A DNA stretch of 63,540 nt, filler included, from Octopus bimaculoides (GCF_001194135.2; 4 parts of 4 records of this genome joined end to end with filler, not necessarily neighbours in it), one strand, 5' to 3'. Shown: positions 1 to 13,277, numbered from the whole stretch's first letter. Translations and numbers: made by a program. The notes: generated by a model from the letters alone, not told the origin.

Positions 1-867
1 ATATATATGTATATATACATATATTTGAAGGAGGAAAAGTATAATTTGTTTCTTTATGAAATTAAAATAGTTGATTCAGTCATGAGAGAATTTGAAAAAC
101 ATCTGACCATTATATATTTCACCGAAGGTCATCTATTCAAATGGAACCAGCAGCAGGGCACTTTCACAAGCCCTGCATAAGACACTCCTTCAAACCCCCA
201 CCACCTCCGAACACCACCCTCAATCAAATACCTTGCTTTTACCATTTACTGCTTTCTTTCAGCCCTTGTTTATCAACACTCCTTCACTCCCATACTTATT
301 AACTGACCCCACTTCTTCCTTCTACCCTCCGTCCTTCCCTTCTTCTGCCACTTCCACCTCCATTCTCCTCCCTCTCCTCATCTACCACCACCTCATTCAT
401 CCCACCACGACCACCTCCTCCTCCCACATTTCTTCACCACTTTCTCTTCCCCCCTCTCCCTTCATCAACCTAGTCCTTCACCTTTAGATTCACCGCCCCC
501 TCATCTTCTCTCCTCCTCCACTTCCTCCTGTCTCGTCCTCCATCTTCTCCTTTTTCTTCTTTCTCTTCGATTATTTATATATTCCCCATGGTGGTCCATG
601 TATCTGAAATGAAGTAAAGTTTGTCATTCATCTTCAAATTGTGGAATGTTTGGTAATTAAGTGTCATCTATTCAGAGTTAATGATAATTTAGGTAAGGAT
701 TCGCAATACTCTCCGATCAAACAGAAAATTTGACATCGTTCGCACGATATTTGTGTGTAACTCAAACAGGCACAGAAACACACAAACATACATACACACA
801 TACATTTACGCATACATATACACAAATATACACACATATATAACCATTAATAATAATGAAATAACGT

Positions 868-1640
868 TTTCTTTATTCCCCACAGGGGGCTAAACATAGA
901 GGGACGGTACAAATGAGGGAGGGGTCGATGGAGCGTATGTTTTTTTTTTTTTTTACAGAGAGGTGAAAGGTTAAAAATTCATATAATCAAAAGATAAACA
1001 AATGATAAGCAAAACAGATACACAAACAATGAAATGGGGCGGGTTTTGCCTCGACCCCACAAGCACCATACCACCACTGTAATCTTTAATATACCTTATG
1101 TGAGTTCATTCATTCGCAACAAACTCGCCACAAACTTCCGTCTTTTACCATATACATCAGGTGACAGGTATTTTCTCTCTACCCTTATTTCCCCCTTAAG
1201 GTGGTAGATAAGGTAATGGACCAGTCCAAGGCAGGAGATGAATGTGTCTGTCACGATTTCTTTTACGCGGGTTTTCCATACCGCTTCTTTCGCAAGAAAA
1301 TAAGCCTTGCCTTCTTTGTTAAAAGAGGCAGGAGGAACAATCTTTACAATCGACTCAGAAGACATTTGTATTCTTCCCATCCGTCACAGCAGATGCTCAA
1401 TGTAAACCTACATTTCAGAAATTTTGAAGCGTTGCTCAATTGCGTCCAGAATGGTGTTCCTGTCCTCCTCGCATCCTGGGTACGTGGGTGCGCAAGGAGG
1501 ACTATGCCTTGCAAGTTCATCGCGAACTTGTAAGTCTCCTCGGTAACACTGCCAGGCTGGTACCACCTTCACCAATATTCAAAGCTTACTGCAAGCCTAA
1601 TTCCTTACTGAATTGCATTGCAATCACATGATTTCGTCCA
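868..1640 (-). mobile_element. 5'-truncated L1/Tx1-like LINE, ORF2 C-terminus plus 3' UTR (degenerate)
   Basis: Minus strand reads TYPGCEEDRNTILDAIEQ (decayed CCHC knuckle, CxxCxxxxETxxHxxxxC type), then AKEAVWKTRVK...HLKGEIRVERKYLS as in L1/Tx1 ORF2 ends. It ends in ...TGTTTAGCCCCCTGTGGGGAATAAAGAAA. Confidence 0.65.
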
Positions 1641-2319
1641 CTTTATAACATTGGTGTTGCATTGTAACTCAAACAGAAGTGTGTAGACTGTTCTCTATGT
1701 ATTAATTAGCATAAATCATTTTATATGTTAATAAGCTATCGATGCTTCCAATGTATTTAATATTTAATTCAAACGCCTGCGTTGAAAATATCTTTTCAGA
1801 AACTCACTCATGTTACTTCGACGTCTGTATTCACTGCTTCATAAGATTCTTTCCGAAATGTAAGTAACATGATGACTTCAATCAATCATGAAATCGTGCA
1901 TGTGTCTTCCGCATTATATAAATTTAATAAATATAATAAAGAACCCCGTGGTTTAGCTCATGCTTATGAAATACGCCATAAATATTTATTATTTTCTATA
2001 TAATTCTATGTAACATTTCATACATGAAAATTTCCTTTCAGACAAAAAGAATTTTGACATATTGTCTGCAATGATAAATGAAAGCACCTGCTTCAACAAT
2101 GGATTGTATCAGTAAAAGATAAACAAATAAATAAATAAATAAAATCAACGCATATCTTTTGATTTATATCCATCATTTTCCAGCAAATTGCTATTCGCGG
2201 ATCCTTTTAATCTAGCTATTGTTCAATTATATATTTTATTAAATACTAAGGTTTTAATCTGTATATTTAGATATAGAGTAACAACCATGAGCCATGTAAT
2301 CTGAAAAGAACTATTGGTT

Positions 2320-2538
2320 TGGCTGTCTGGCAGAAATCTTGGTTATCAACCACATGGTTGCGAGTTAAGTCCCACTGTGTACCACCTCAGAAAAGTTTCT
2401 TCTACTAAAGACTCGGTTCTACCGAACCTTTATGAGTACATTTGGTAGACGGAAACTGAAAGAATCCCATCATATATATAATATATGTGTGTGTATATGA
2501 GTGAGCGAGTGAGTGAGTGAGTGAGTGAGTGAGTGAGC

Positions 2539-2605
<67 letters not shown>

Positions 2606-2730
2606 AGTGTTTCTGTCTTTCTTCGTCACCCACTTCTGCTTTGCAACCGGTGTTGGTGTGCTTACGTAGCCATATGCTAGCAGTTTGGCAAAAGAGAGCG
2701 CTAAAATAAGTAGCAGCTTTAAAAAATATG
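2320..2730 (+). mobile_element. SINE family A (tRNA head, CORE-like body, internal microsatellite), degenerate
   Basis: Head ...CAACCACATGGTTGCGAGTTAAGTCCC, body TTTGGTAGACGGAAACTGAAAGAA, internal (GAGT)n/(GT)n and a 3' part homologous to the copies at 18180, 52648 and 55535. Confidence 0.8.
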
Positions 2731-3221
2731 CCATATAAGTAGGACAAACTTCTCAGGCATTATACGAACGCCTTAATGGATACAGACAGACGTTTAAAGG
2801 GGCATGGATCAATACACTGATAGGCATTTTAGAGAGCATAGCTCTTGGTTTCGAAGTTACAGTGTGCAATTTGTCAAGGATGTAACGAGAAATGCCGAAC
2901 CCACTAAAAACTTCTGGAGAAAGTAAATATTTAGATTAAAATTGTAATATTCATCCATTTAGGTGAAGGAAATTTGGTGAGTGAATTCCAAAGGTCCTGT
3001 CTATGTTGATGCAATTGTAAGTTTTGTGTCTATTTTTCGCTGAGAACAAACGCTATCTATTTAAAGAAATCAAAACTGTTTGGTAGTGAGGATTATACCA
3101 TGACGAATAGTATAATCGTTTTAAAAGACGTATTTTAAAATTTAATATTAAAAGTAATTATGATAGATATATCACGCAGCGATAGAGTTAAACCGTGATG
3201 TGTATAAATACATGGATATTA

Positions 3222-3668
3222 CCAGTTCGAATATGCTTGGGGTATATTCGAACCCGTAAAAAGCCATTCACTGTGTTTTGTCATGAAGAAAATTTCTCGC
3301 TCTAAACAAATGGTGTAAATACACCAAAAATCAGATCGTAGCACTAACTGCTCAGACTGTGGGATGCAATCACTTCATTGAGCAGCGATTAACGATACCA
3401 GTCATTATGCAATGACGGAATATCATACAAAAGACAATCTCTTAGTAACCCAGCTTACCCTGTCCAGGTTCTGTGACTGCAGAGGAGATAGGTAGACAGA
3501 AATCTCACAGTCTGGGTAGTCTTCCATCTCACAGTCTGGTTAGATGGTGCTGCGAGCTGATTATAGGTGTATTTAAAATTCTACGTCTACAGCGAGAAAT
3601 TCTTTCCATGACAAAGCAATGATGGCTTTTTCACGCATTCGAATATGCCCCAAGTATATATGAAGTGG
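3222..3668. mobile_element. Foldback/MITE with ~140-bp terminal inverted repeats and TA flanks
   Basis: 3222-~3363 is the imperfect reverse complement of ~3524-3668. TA lies at 3220-3221 and 3669-3670. Confidence 0.8.
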
Positions 3669-4273
3669 TAACAAGATTGTAATGATAAATATTTTCTACT
3701 GTAGGCGCAGATCTTTCATATCAGTCGGTAGAGTATAGCCGTTTATATCAAACGTAATAATTTACTGTTACATATTTGATGAAGCCGTAGGAGGTTTCAA
3801 TCTAAATACTCGACGGCCGTACTTGAATGTTGTGTGCAAAATGATAGTACTAAAGGACTCAATGTAATTACGGTTTTTCACGGCGATAATGAGAATTGAA
3901 AACAATGAATTCATGTATTTTTTGAATAGTAATTACTATAATAGCCTTGCATAGTTATAGAAATAACGACAACCTATTTGTGTCAGAAACAGAAACAACG
4001 TAGCAAAGAATAACAAAATGTTGAATAGATCTGATGAGCAGGGGAAGAGTAGTGGAAGGGTGCAATCCATACGAGTACACTGTCAATGGGTATCAACACA
4101 TTTCTATAATTTTGAATTTTAATCACTTCTTATTTTGAACTTGACAAAGACAAGACTTACTTTTGAAACATCGTGCAACCAATAAAATATCTTCCAATCG
4201 AATCGCGCTCTTCGTCTTGACTGTTTACCTTCGTGAAGAGTTACGTCAATCCTTTCTAAAACATCACTATTAA

Positions 4274-4358
<85 letters not shown>
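4274..4358. repeat. (ATT)n/(TAA)n microsatellite at the 3' end of a Dong/R4 fragment
   Basis: Direct read. Confidence 0.95.
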
Positions 4359-4798
4359 TTATGTTTGACTTTTGTTTTGCATTTGTACAAGTTGGATCCA
4401 AGTCTCACCCAGAGACCTCAAGAGACAACAAGTTAGAAGTTCATGTAGGTGTTATGCCTAGGGTACCATATATTTGGATTTGTACAGTTTTGTTCAAGTG
4501 AATGTTTAAGAAACCATAAGAAAATTATGTGTTTGCTTTAAAATTTGAGATCACATAGACAGTATTTTACGTAGGATATGGGCAGTTCCCATGAGCACTA
4601 TCTTTTGAACTTCAGCCATTTTGGGGTTTCCTGGAATCTGATCTAGGTAGTAATCAGCTCGTTTCGCTGTCATTCCCAGGGCACCTTTGACAATAGGTAT
4701 TGTTTTCGTCTTCAGATTCCACATTTTGCTAATTTCTATTTCAAGATCTTTATATTTGCTCAGTTTTTGGTAGGTCTTGACAGATACGTTTATATCGA

Positions 4799-4800
<2 letters not shown>
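4359..4800 (-). mobile_element. Dong/R4-clade non-LTR retrotransposon 3' fragment (RLE domain end plus 3' UTR)
   Basis: Minus strand reads IDINVSVKTYQKLSKYKDLEIEISKMWNLKTKTIPIVKGALG...IVLMGTAHILRKILSM* (stop 4551-4553). It is flanked by (TAA)n on both sides. Confidence 0.8.
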
Positions 4801-4833
<33 letters not shown>

Positions 4834-4861
4834 TATTACTATTGTTATTATTATTATTATT

Positions 4862-5890
4862 GCCTTTGCACAGCTTCTAACACTGGAGATGTACTACAGT
4901 GTCAGCTGTTCTCTACCAGTGAACTAAGGTAACACCTCTTATTTCTCGAGCAGCACCCGGAGTATTCGAGCGGTTCCAAGCAGTGCTGTTTTCTGCAAGT
5001 GCTCTACCCGTATTGCAGCTCCTATTTGTTCTACGTACTTCTCGAGGTTTTTTGCTCACTGTTCCCAGGGACTCCAACCATTATTGGTATTACTGCTACC
5101 TTTCTCATTGACCACAACTGCATAATTTCCACAGCTAACCTGTTATATCTATCGACTTTTCATTCTACCTTATCGCATACCTTGTTTTCAGCTGAGTATG
5201 CTATATCTATGATCCAGCATAGTCTGTTTTCTTTCTCAATTAAGACTATGTCTGGCTTCCCATTCTCTATCTCATGGTCGCACTGAATCATAAAATTCTA
5301 TGGGATCTTTGCATTATCATTTTCGACGATGCTTTTGGGTTTATGTTCGTACCAATTTTTTTTTGCTCCGTCAAGTCCATACTTGTTGCAAAGTGTCCAA
5401 TAGACGATCCTTGCTATATTGTCGTGACATCTATTATATTCATTCTGGACTAGTGGTGTACATCGACTGGTAATATCCCATACGGTTTCACCATTTTGTC
5501 CACAGATTCTGCACTTATCACTTTCTGATGTGTTGTCTATTCTGTATTTTATGCAGTTTGTTTTTAGTGATTGCTCTTGGGCAGCACAGATTAGAGCCTA
5601 CCTTACCAGTTTTAAATCACCTTTAGTCATCCACAGCCATCTTTTTTCTCTGTCTGCCTTATCTTCAACATCCCTATGAGATTGACCATGCATCCTTTTC
5701 TTTACTCACATGTTTTCAGTTTCATTCGTTTTCATTTCCTTGTATAGTGCTTTATCTTTGCAATCTTCCATCCTACCCAAGCCTGGCCTTCTTACTTCTA
5801 ATAATAGCGGTTCTGTGGCATTTTTCACACACCATGCTATGTTGTTTCCATAGTCGCGATATTTCTTACTGAAGATCGTTGTATCTATCT
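4862..5890 (-). mobile_element. Second, distinct Dong/R4-clade 3' fragment (zinc knuckle plus restriction-like endonuclease)
   Basis: Minus strand reads KCRICGQNGETVWDITSRC (knuckle), GKPDIVLIEKENRLCWIIDIAY (PD..D RLE motif) and LGTARILRVLLEK* (stop 4939-4941). It has internal stops and frameshifts and a (TAA)n tail at ~4800-4861. Confidence 0.85.
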
Positions 5891-5995
5891 ATTTTTGCCT
5901 TCCTAGTAGGCCATTAAAATAAACACACCAGATTGTTCATTTACAACGTCATGTGACAGAGAAAAGGTGGAAGACATAGAGAAAAAGGGTGATGT

Positions 5996-5997
5996 TC

Positions 5998-6033
<36 letters not shown>

Positions 6034-6145
6034 GGAGGAGGAGGAGGAGGAGGAGGAGGAGGAGGAGGAGGAGGAGGAGGATGACGACGACAACGACCAT
6101 GATGACGATGAGGATGATGATGATGATGACGACTACGACGACAGT
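5996..6145. repeat. Compound trinucleotide microsatellite (GAT)n(GAG)n(GAC/GAT)n
   Basis: Direct read. It explains the poly-M/R/L/I ORFs. Confidence 0.95.
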
Positions 6146-7194
6146 AAATAAATTTATAACAAGCTACGAATGGCTGGTTTCTCTGGAAATGTCGACAACG
6201 CTAACCAGCTGGATTCACCGTTAGACATATTTATTACGAAATTAGAGTAATAAATATTTCGGACTGTTGTTCTCAACAATTTCCTAATGTCTGTTTTATT
6301 TATTGAGCTATTCGCTTGCTATTTTTCAAAAGATGGGATTTATATATTTATATATCTTTTAGTTCCTTGCATTTAATTGAATCAGGTTTATTAGAAAATA
6401 TTTCGTGAGATAGTGTTTTTATATTTATTTGAGATGAATCAAGCACCGTTTCGCCAATAAAGGGACGCTTATTTAAAATTGTTTTCATAGACAATAAAAT
6501 TTTATGTAGTCTTATATAAGTATATGCTTGTATATATATGTGTGTATGTATATATACATTTATGTATATATGTATGCCTATATATATATATATATATATA
6601 TAATAGAAATATTGTATATTTCTTGTATATTTACTCTAGATGATTTGTAATGATTTTTTTTTTTTTGTGAAAACATTTTTCTGTACCGGACTTAATGTTT
6701 TGAAAACTATTATGGTCTTTGAATGACTAATGATAAACTTACTATAGCTATATCCATCATAGAACTGCATAAGAAAATAAGGTTTGTTTTCATTGTCTCA
6801 CGGGGCTAAAATGTTGCTAAAGAAACCATCGCGGAGACATTTCAATAAATATTATTCCTAAGAACATAGCGAGTAAACAAACAGTTTCTGTCTGAAACAA
6901 TTCGAATTATCATTAATAATTACGACGATGTATTGGTTGATTATCATATTTATGATATAGGATGAGAACTGACGATTCAAGGAAACTGATTACAGTCTAT
7001 TCATTTATTAAGCTAAAGTGATGAAAAGAAATCTACACAAGCGATATGTTAATTCGAAAAGGACTCCTTGAAATCCTTTACTAAACCCCGTAAAGAATAT
7101 AATTGGGTGCCGTTTAGCTTTGGTTATTTCACTGCCTTTTCAGTTAAATATCTTTCCGCAATTACAATTACTGTTTAATATTATAGTTGTTAAT

Positions 7195-7402
7195 AAGGCA
7201 CTGAACTGGCAGAATCGTTAGCACGCCCGGCAAAATGCTTAGCGGCACTTTGTCAATCCTTCCATTCTGAGTTCAAATTCCGTTGCGGTCAGCCTTCAAC
7301 CTTTAGGAGTCGATCAAATAAGTACCATTAGAGCGTTGGGGTCGATGTCATCGACTTCCATTCTCTCCCAAAATTGATGGCTTTTTGCAGAAATTTGAAA
7401 CC
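7195..7402 (+). mobile_element. SINE family B (tRNA-derived head), tail type 2
   Basis: A-box-like CTGGCAGAATCGTTAGC, B-box-like GAGTTCAAATTCC and tail CCCAAAATTGATGGCTTTTTGCAGAAATTTGAAAC. Confidence 0.8.
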
Positions 7403-9054
7403 AATATGATTACTACTATCAGCTCTTCGGTCATTTTCTGCAACATTGTCGGACCTTGATAAGAGGAGGCAGGGATTTTGGTGAGTAAATCCATTCTTAG
7501 TGTATTACAAATATCAGTTTGAAAACAGCCCGGATGCTTAAATGAGAAGCATAATCTCGGTTTGTGTGTATGTATGTGTGTGTGTGTGTGTGTGTGCGTG
7601 CGTGGGCTTGTGTGTGTGAGTACATGTGAATGTAGTAGTGTTTTTGTGAGCAAAAATACTGGTGACGGAATAGATATCACGTGTGAGATGTTATAATCTT
7701 GTTATGTTATATTGCAAGGAATGTTTCCCTTGCCGTATATAACTCTTATTAAGTATTTAATTAAACACTTGTAAATCATTTTATAAATCGTTTTGAGTTC
7801 GCTCGCTGAATAAGAAGATTACATGATGGCCTAAATGGTTCATTCTCTCCTTCTTTTGCAAAGGAGGCAGCAAACCTTTCAGTATTTATAAGGTAGATTC
7901 CCTTATCAGAATTATCTTGTTCTTCTTATAACGTGCATCATGATTGAGTGGCTGTGTTTTCCTATCTCGATACACCACTATAAAATCTAATGTGCGTGAC
8001 AGATAGATATTATAGATTAGAATCTAAATCGTCCTCCAGGGAAACATTTGGTTTAGAAATTAGAGTTTATAGAAATTCATACTGGATATTATCGTCTGAC
8101 GTATTATCTGCCCGAAACAAATAAACAGGACGGAATTTTCGTTGATGGAATGCATTTGAATGTAGGAGTATTTGGTTAGCGTTGGTCTGAATTTAAATTA
8201 TAAGATGCTAGGCATCTCTTAATAAGAAGTTATTCATTTGAATCACTATTGATGCAGTCGATTCACAGCGGATATATTTAATAGACTTGTGTTTCCTATT
8301 CCTCAATTTTGAAAAGAAAACTCGCGTTTTAATTGATACAATAAAATATCTAATATGTAATTACTTAGCGGTGAATGATCGGAAACGGTTCAGTGCCAAA
8401 CTTTGTGCAATTATTTAATCAATTCAATCAGTTTACCTCTCGTGTTTAATGTCTGAGAGCCTCACCTTGCTAATCTTATCATGTCGTCGATATAAACCAT
8501 TTTAAGGATTCATAAAATTGCAAAAGCCGATTTCTGTGGAATTCTTAAATGAAATCAATAGCAATTCTAAATAGTCAGAACATATATAAGAATCTCCCTC
8601 ATCTCTGCTAAAATATCGTTCAGTCAATCGACCCATCCCATATGCAATTATTCTCCTAAGCAGTGATTGCTGTCTAAAAGCCTTCTCGTTACAACGTTTG
8701 GCTGTGTGCTTCATCTCATCTCTAATGTTTTTCGTCCAGAATCTGGAATGATTCTTAAATAAAATATATTCTTCCTATGCTAAAGTAAAAACAAATTCTT
8801 TAATCGTATTGCGAAAAATGCAGCACGGAAATTGTAAATGCTTAATACCAGGAACACAAATCAGCAATTATACAATAACGAATTGCAAATTACAAGAGGT
8901 TTGATAGAAGCACTTATCTAATAGAATCGGGGAGAATGTGTCACGTTCCAGGTCTCTTTCTTCTATGGTCAAACTCCACCGTGGTCTAATTGAAGACTTG
9001 ATATAAATATAGAAGTACCAGTGTTGATGCCTTCTCCCACCCGTCCCTCTCTCT

Positions 9055-9099
<45 letters not shown>

Positions 9100-9720
9100 A
9101 ATAACTGTTAAAGAGGACAACAAACGTTAAGGCAAACATCTCAAGTCATATACATTATTATTATTGGAAAAAATTTCAAAGTCTTACACCTGTTTCTGGG
9201 ATATCACAGATTATGGGATATTACGTAATCAGAGAAAAATAAAGCATATACACCTTACTTTATCCCAAAGCCAATCCTTAAATCCCCACCTAACTCTATC
9301 TATCTCTCTTCCTAATTATTTACTTTTCTTTCTTTTTATCACTTAATAGCCACTTCCTCTACCATTCTGATATTGAACGCTGATATGCTGGCATCCTTTT
9401 TCTGGATGTTTGCAATATCAGGACTTTAACCCACATGACTCTACGCAGAATTGCACCTAAAGACTTAGGCACTTATTTTTATAATATCTGAAAGTTGAGC
9501 TGTGAACTTTTTCGCTTCTTTTTTTGGTCAAACTAAAGGGTATGACTCGAGCAAAAAAAAAAAAAAATAGTGTAATAGGTATAAAGCAACTTGCTGTAAA
9601 CGAATATGAAAAAAAAATGCGCGCTCGGTAAAGAGGTGGGGGGTGGGGGAGAGGACTCGGGAAATTCACATCGTCACACCATGACCTTTAAACTCCAGTG
9701 TTTGACCCGACCAATAACTT

Positions 9721-10230
9721 CATTATGATTGCCACCGAGATATAAACATTGGAGATATGTCCAACACTTGCCCTTTCTGCAATGTTAATAAGTGGTCAAG
9801 AGAAACTCCTGCTATGTGTTGCGCTAATGGAAAAGTTAATCCCACTCCACTGCAGGATCCATCACAGCTGTTGAAGTCTCTCTCCGCTGGCACAACTACA
9901 GAGTCGAAACTTTTCCTCAATGACATCCAGAAGTACAAGTGTGCATTCCAAATGACATCTTTCGGTGCTAATGTTGTTCAAGAAGGTGGGTTTGTGCCTA
10001 TTTTCAAAGTGCAGGAACAGGTTTACCATAGAATAGGATCGCTCGAACCTGCTGAAAATCAAGATCCTCAAATCCTTCAACTGTACTTTGTATGCAATTG
10101 ACATGAACAAGCCACCCGACAAAACTCCATTTCCACTGGCACTAGCTTTCACCTGATAATGCAACTGCAAAACCGTTTGCACCAGAAAAGCAGCTACGTA
10201 CGCAGCTTCAAGTATGCCTTGGAAACAGAT
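9721..10230 (+). mobile_element. Helitron RepHel N-terminal fragment (pseudogenised)
   Basis: Reads IGDMSNTCPFC..KW..E...CCANGKV...FQMTSFGA...FKVQEQVYHRIGSL...QILQLYF, then after a stop LQNRLH...YVRSFKYALE. This matches the conserved region upstream of the Helitron Rep domain. Confidence 0.85.
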
Positions 10231-12672
10231 GTCGAAGCAGTAACCTCGTATGATGGATTCAATATTTCGTATTCACGAATCATATTTAATGCACTAATCT
10301 TCACGGCTCAACCTTCTCGCGAGAGCTTTGTAGTAAACTATCGAAACATTAACCAATATTACATACATGTGTACCATTAAAATCGAAAATGTGTGACACT
10401 AAGTGTTCTGGGACACATTTGACTTTCGAGCTGTTAAAACACTGGGAAATTCATGTTACCTACTTACACTAAGTATATTGCACTATTTTATGTTAAGCTT
10501 CTTAGCAGTTTCCACCTCAAGTGCTGTTATAGATTGTACTGGTTCCATCAACAGAAACAATAACTTATTACGAATGTGGATAAAATATTTAGAAAAACAA
10601 AAAAGAAAGTAAATTAAGTAAAAGAATTGCAAGTTGGAATTCTCAAATCAAATATGAGTTCTTCAGAGAAGAAATATTGAATTCTGTTTAATAAACAAAT
10701 GTAGATTTTCCACATTTTTTAAAATTTGTAAAATAAGAAATAGAAATATTCCATTTAATAATTTCTCTGTTTTAGAAACTTATTTAATTTTTGTTCCAAG
10801 TATGAGTAATTACGTATGATATATGTAGTTGCTTGTGAATACGTTATACTAAGCTGATGTTATCATTTAAAATGATAAATGATATATCTATGGAATCCAC
10901 AATCGATACCATTTGTTTACATTCCTAATGATACAGCAAACCTCTAACGATAATTGCGAGAGTTTCTTTTCAGTCACAAATGGCAACATAGAAGACAAAA
11001 CATTGCTAAAATTGGGAAAGATAATGGAATAGTTAATCATCAATTATGATAACTGTGATATAAACCATTGAGAAAATCCATTAGCCTCTCTGGAAGTGCA
11101 TTATAATTCTTTCTATTGAAGAAATCTGGAACCAGTGAGTCGCCATAAGGTTATATCAAAGCAAATACTTTGAATACTAGGGGTCGAAAACGTTGACCTT
11201 ACTTTGGATGGTGATTCGATGGAAGGATAAATAGTGGGAACAAAGAGAAATATTTTTGTTAATAGTTAGTTATGAACTGAACGAATGCACATGCAGCGTT
11301 TTGTAGCATACATTACAATCAGATGCCAATCTCTTTTGTCTGTTAGCTGTGTCTGTCTCCACATTAGGGCTATAGTCTAGAAGCAGATGAAAGAAATACA
11401 TAATGTATCAAATGAAATGAACCAGATTATTATTTTAGTGAGAAACTACAATTACTATAATTCATGTTATTATAGTGAGGAGAAGGAACAGAAAAGTTGA
11501 ATCTTCTTGATATTGAACGCCAAATATATCCATACGCCAGAACACGGAAAAGAATCTTTTGTGGGATGTTTTAATTTATAACGTCTTTCTTTATTTTATT
11601 TACTTATACCAGAAACCGAGTAGACCCAGGAGAATAATTATTAAGAAATCTACCTATGATAACATCTTGGAAGATACTTTCTATCCTGTCACTCAAAATT
11701 CTTTCTTTGGAAAAGTTCTTCAACTAGTTATGTAACTGAATTTTTTTTTCCTGCCCAGATATTAGAATAGCAGTGTCACAGTTTTGTCAATAATAACAAT
11801 GAAAATGGTCAACGTAGGCAAATTTATTGAAGAGAAAACAAACGAAAGCAGCTTAAATAAAGTGACAGATATATCTGACTATTCGAGAGCAGCCAGGAAG
11901 TATACAATCGCCAGTCAACGTTCAGCATAAATAATTTGGTTATAGCTTTTAAAACCCCGTGGAAAATTGAAATTGACGTACATTAATAAAACAGACACTT
12001 TAACAAATACACATACAGAGAAGAGAAAGCACACTTACGCACTAGTAAAAACGCACACAAAATAACCAAATTGATTAACATAAGGAAGACTGGAGTTGTA
12101 TTCGTTTGCGTGACAGAAAATAAGCAAATACAAAATGACATTTATTATAAGCGTGATTTATGATGAGTCTTTTAAACATGTATGTGGGAAGTGAGCAAAA
12201 TCCATTTGAGGTAATATAAAAATGAGGCAATGAAGTGAGCTAAGTTAATTGAATTCTAAGAAATGATTTTTTTTTTTCACGGCGTATTAATTAAAATAAA
12301 AATGGTAATGACGTATTTTATTTAATATGCTATATAAATCAATGAGGATGTTTTTTGAAGCACTGTAGTTTGAGGGAATTTAGTTAATTATTTCGATAGA
12401 TTTATGTTTAGGAGGATAAAGCAACAGTATATATTACCAAAATGCCTCTTGCTGAATACACTGTGATTATATGTTTAAGAAAATTTAAAATCGTTTACGA
12501 ACTACATTACTAATTGCAGCGATATTCAACGTAGGATTACTGGAAATTCTTTGGCTACAAATTGATAAATATTGTTCTAATTATATTCAACGAGGGAACG
12601 TATATTTTAATGTAGGAAGTGTTGCACTGAGGCACACACACACACGAATATATACATGTAATTATTTATATA

Positions 12673-12830
12673 NNNNNNNNNNNNNNNNNNNNNNNNNNNN
12701 NNNNNNNNNNNNNNNNNNNNNNNNNNNNNNNNNNNNNNNNNNNNNNNNNNNNNNNNNNNNNNNNNNNNNNNNNNNNNNNNNNNNNNNNNNNNNNNNNNNN
12801 NNNNNNNNNNNNNNNNNNNNNNNNNNNNNN
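12673..12830. other. Assembly gap (N run). Other plain gaps: 13460-14180, 32334-32597, 36001-36711, 38650-39443, 41335-41475, 46438-47051, 47697-47966, 49866-49956
   Basis: Direct read. Most are flanked by (TA)n or other microsatellites. Confidence 0.99.
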
Positions 12831-12838
12831 ATATATAT

Positions 12839-12869
<31 letters not shown>

Positions 12870-13277
12870 CATACATATTATATTATCAGACAAAATGTGG
12901 GTGCAAAAATAAAAATCAGTTACATTTCTTGAAAGCTGTTTCGTAGTTTGTGTCTGGTTACATCATCTGACACATATATACAAATAAATCTACATACTTC
13001 CAGTTGCATATACATTCTCCAGTAAATGTAACTGTGCCGTTATATAATGAACTGACCAATCATCAAAACCTATTATGCTAAATCCAATATCAGACTGTTA
13101 TCAGAGTATCACACCGAGCTTAGTTCGAAGGGCAAATATGTTCTTCCACAAACATACATGGAAATTTAAGTCAAATGGCTTTTCATAGACACATCTCTGC
13201 ACTCACACACACACACAAACACAAACACAAACTCTGTCTCTCTTTATCACACACACACACACACCGTTGACTGGAAA

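Noticed and set aside
120-560. Pyrimidine-rich stretch with an 84-aa ORF
   Set aside because: Low complexity with no recognisable motif. It may be a very old retroelement, but that is unsupported.
8500-8714. Possible mariner remnant (MGW...CSDYL)
   Set aside because: Too few residues match to distinguish it from chance.
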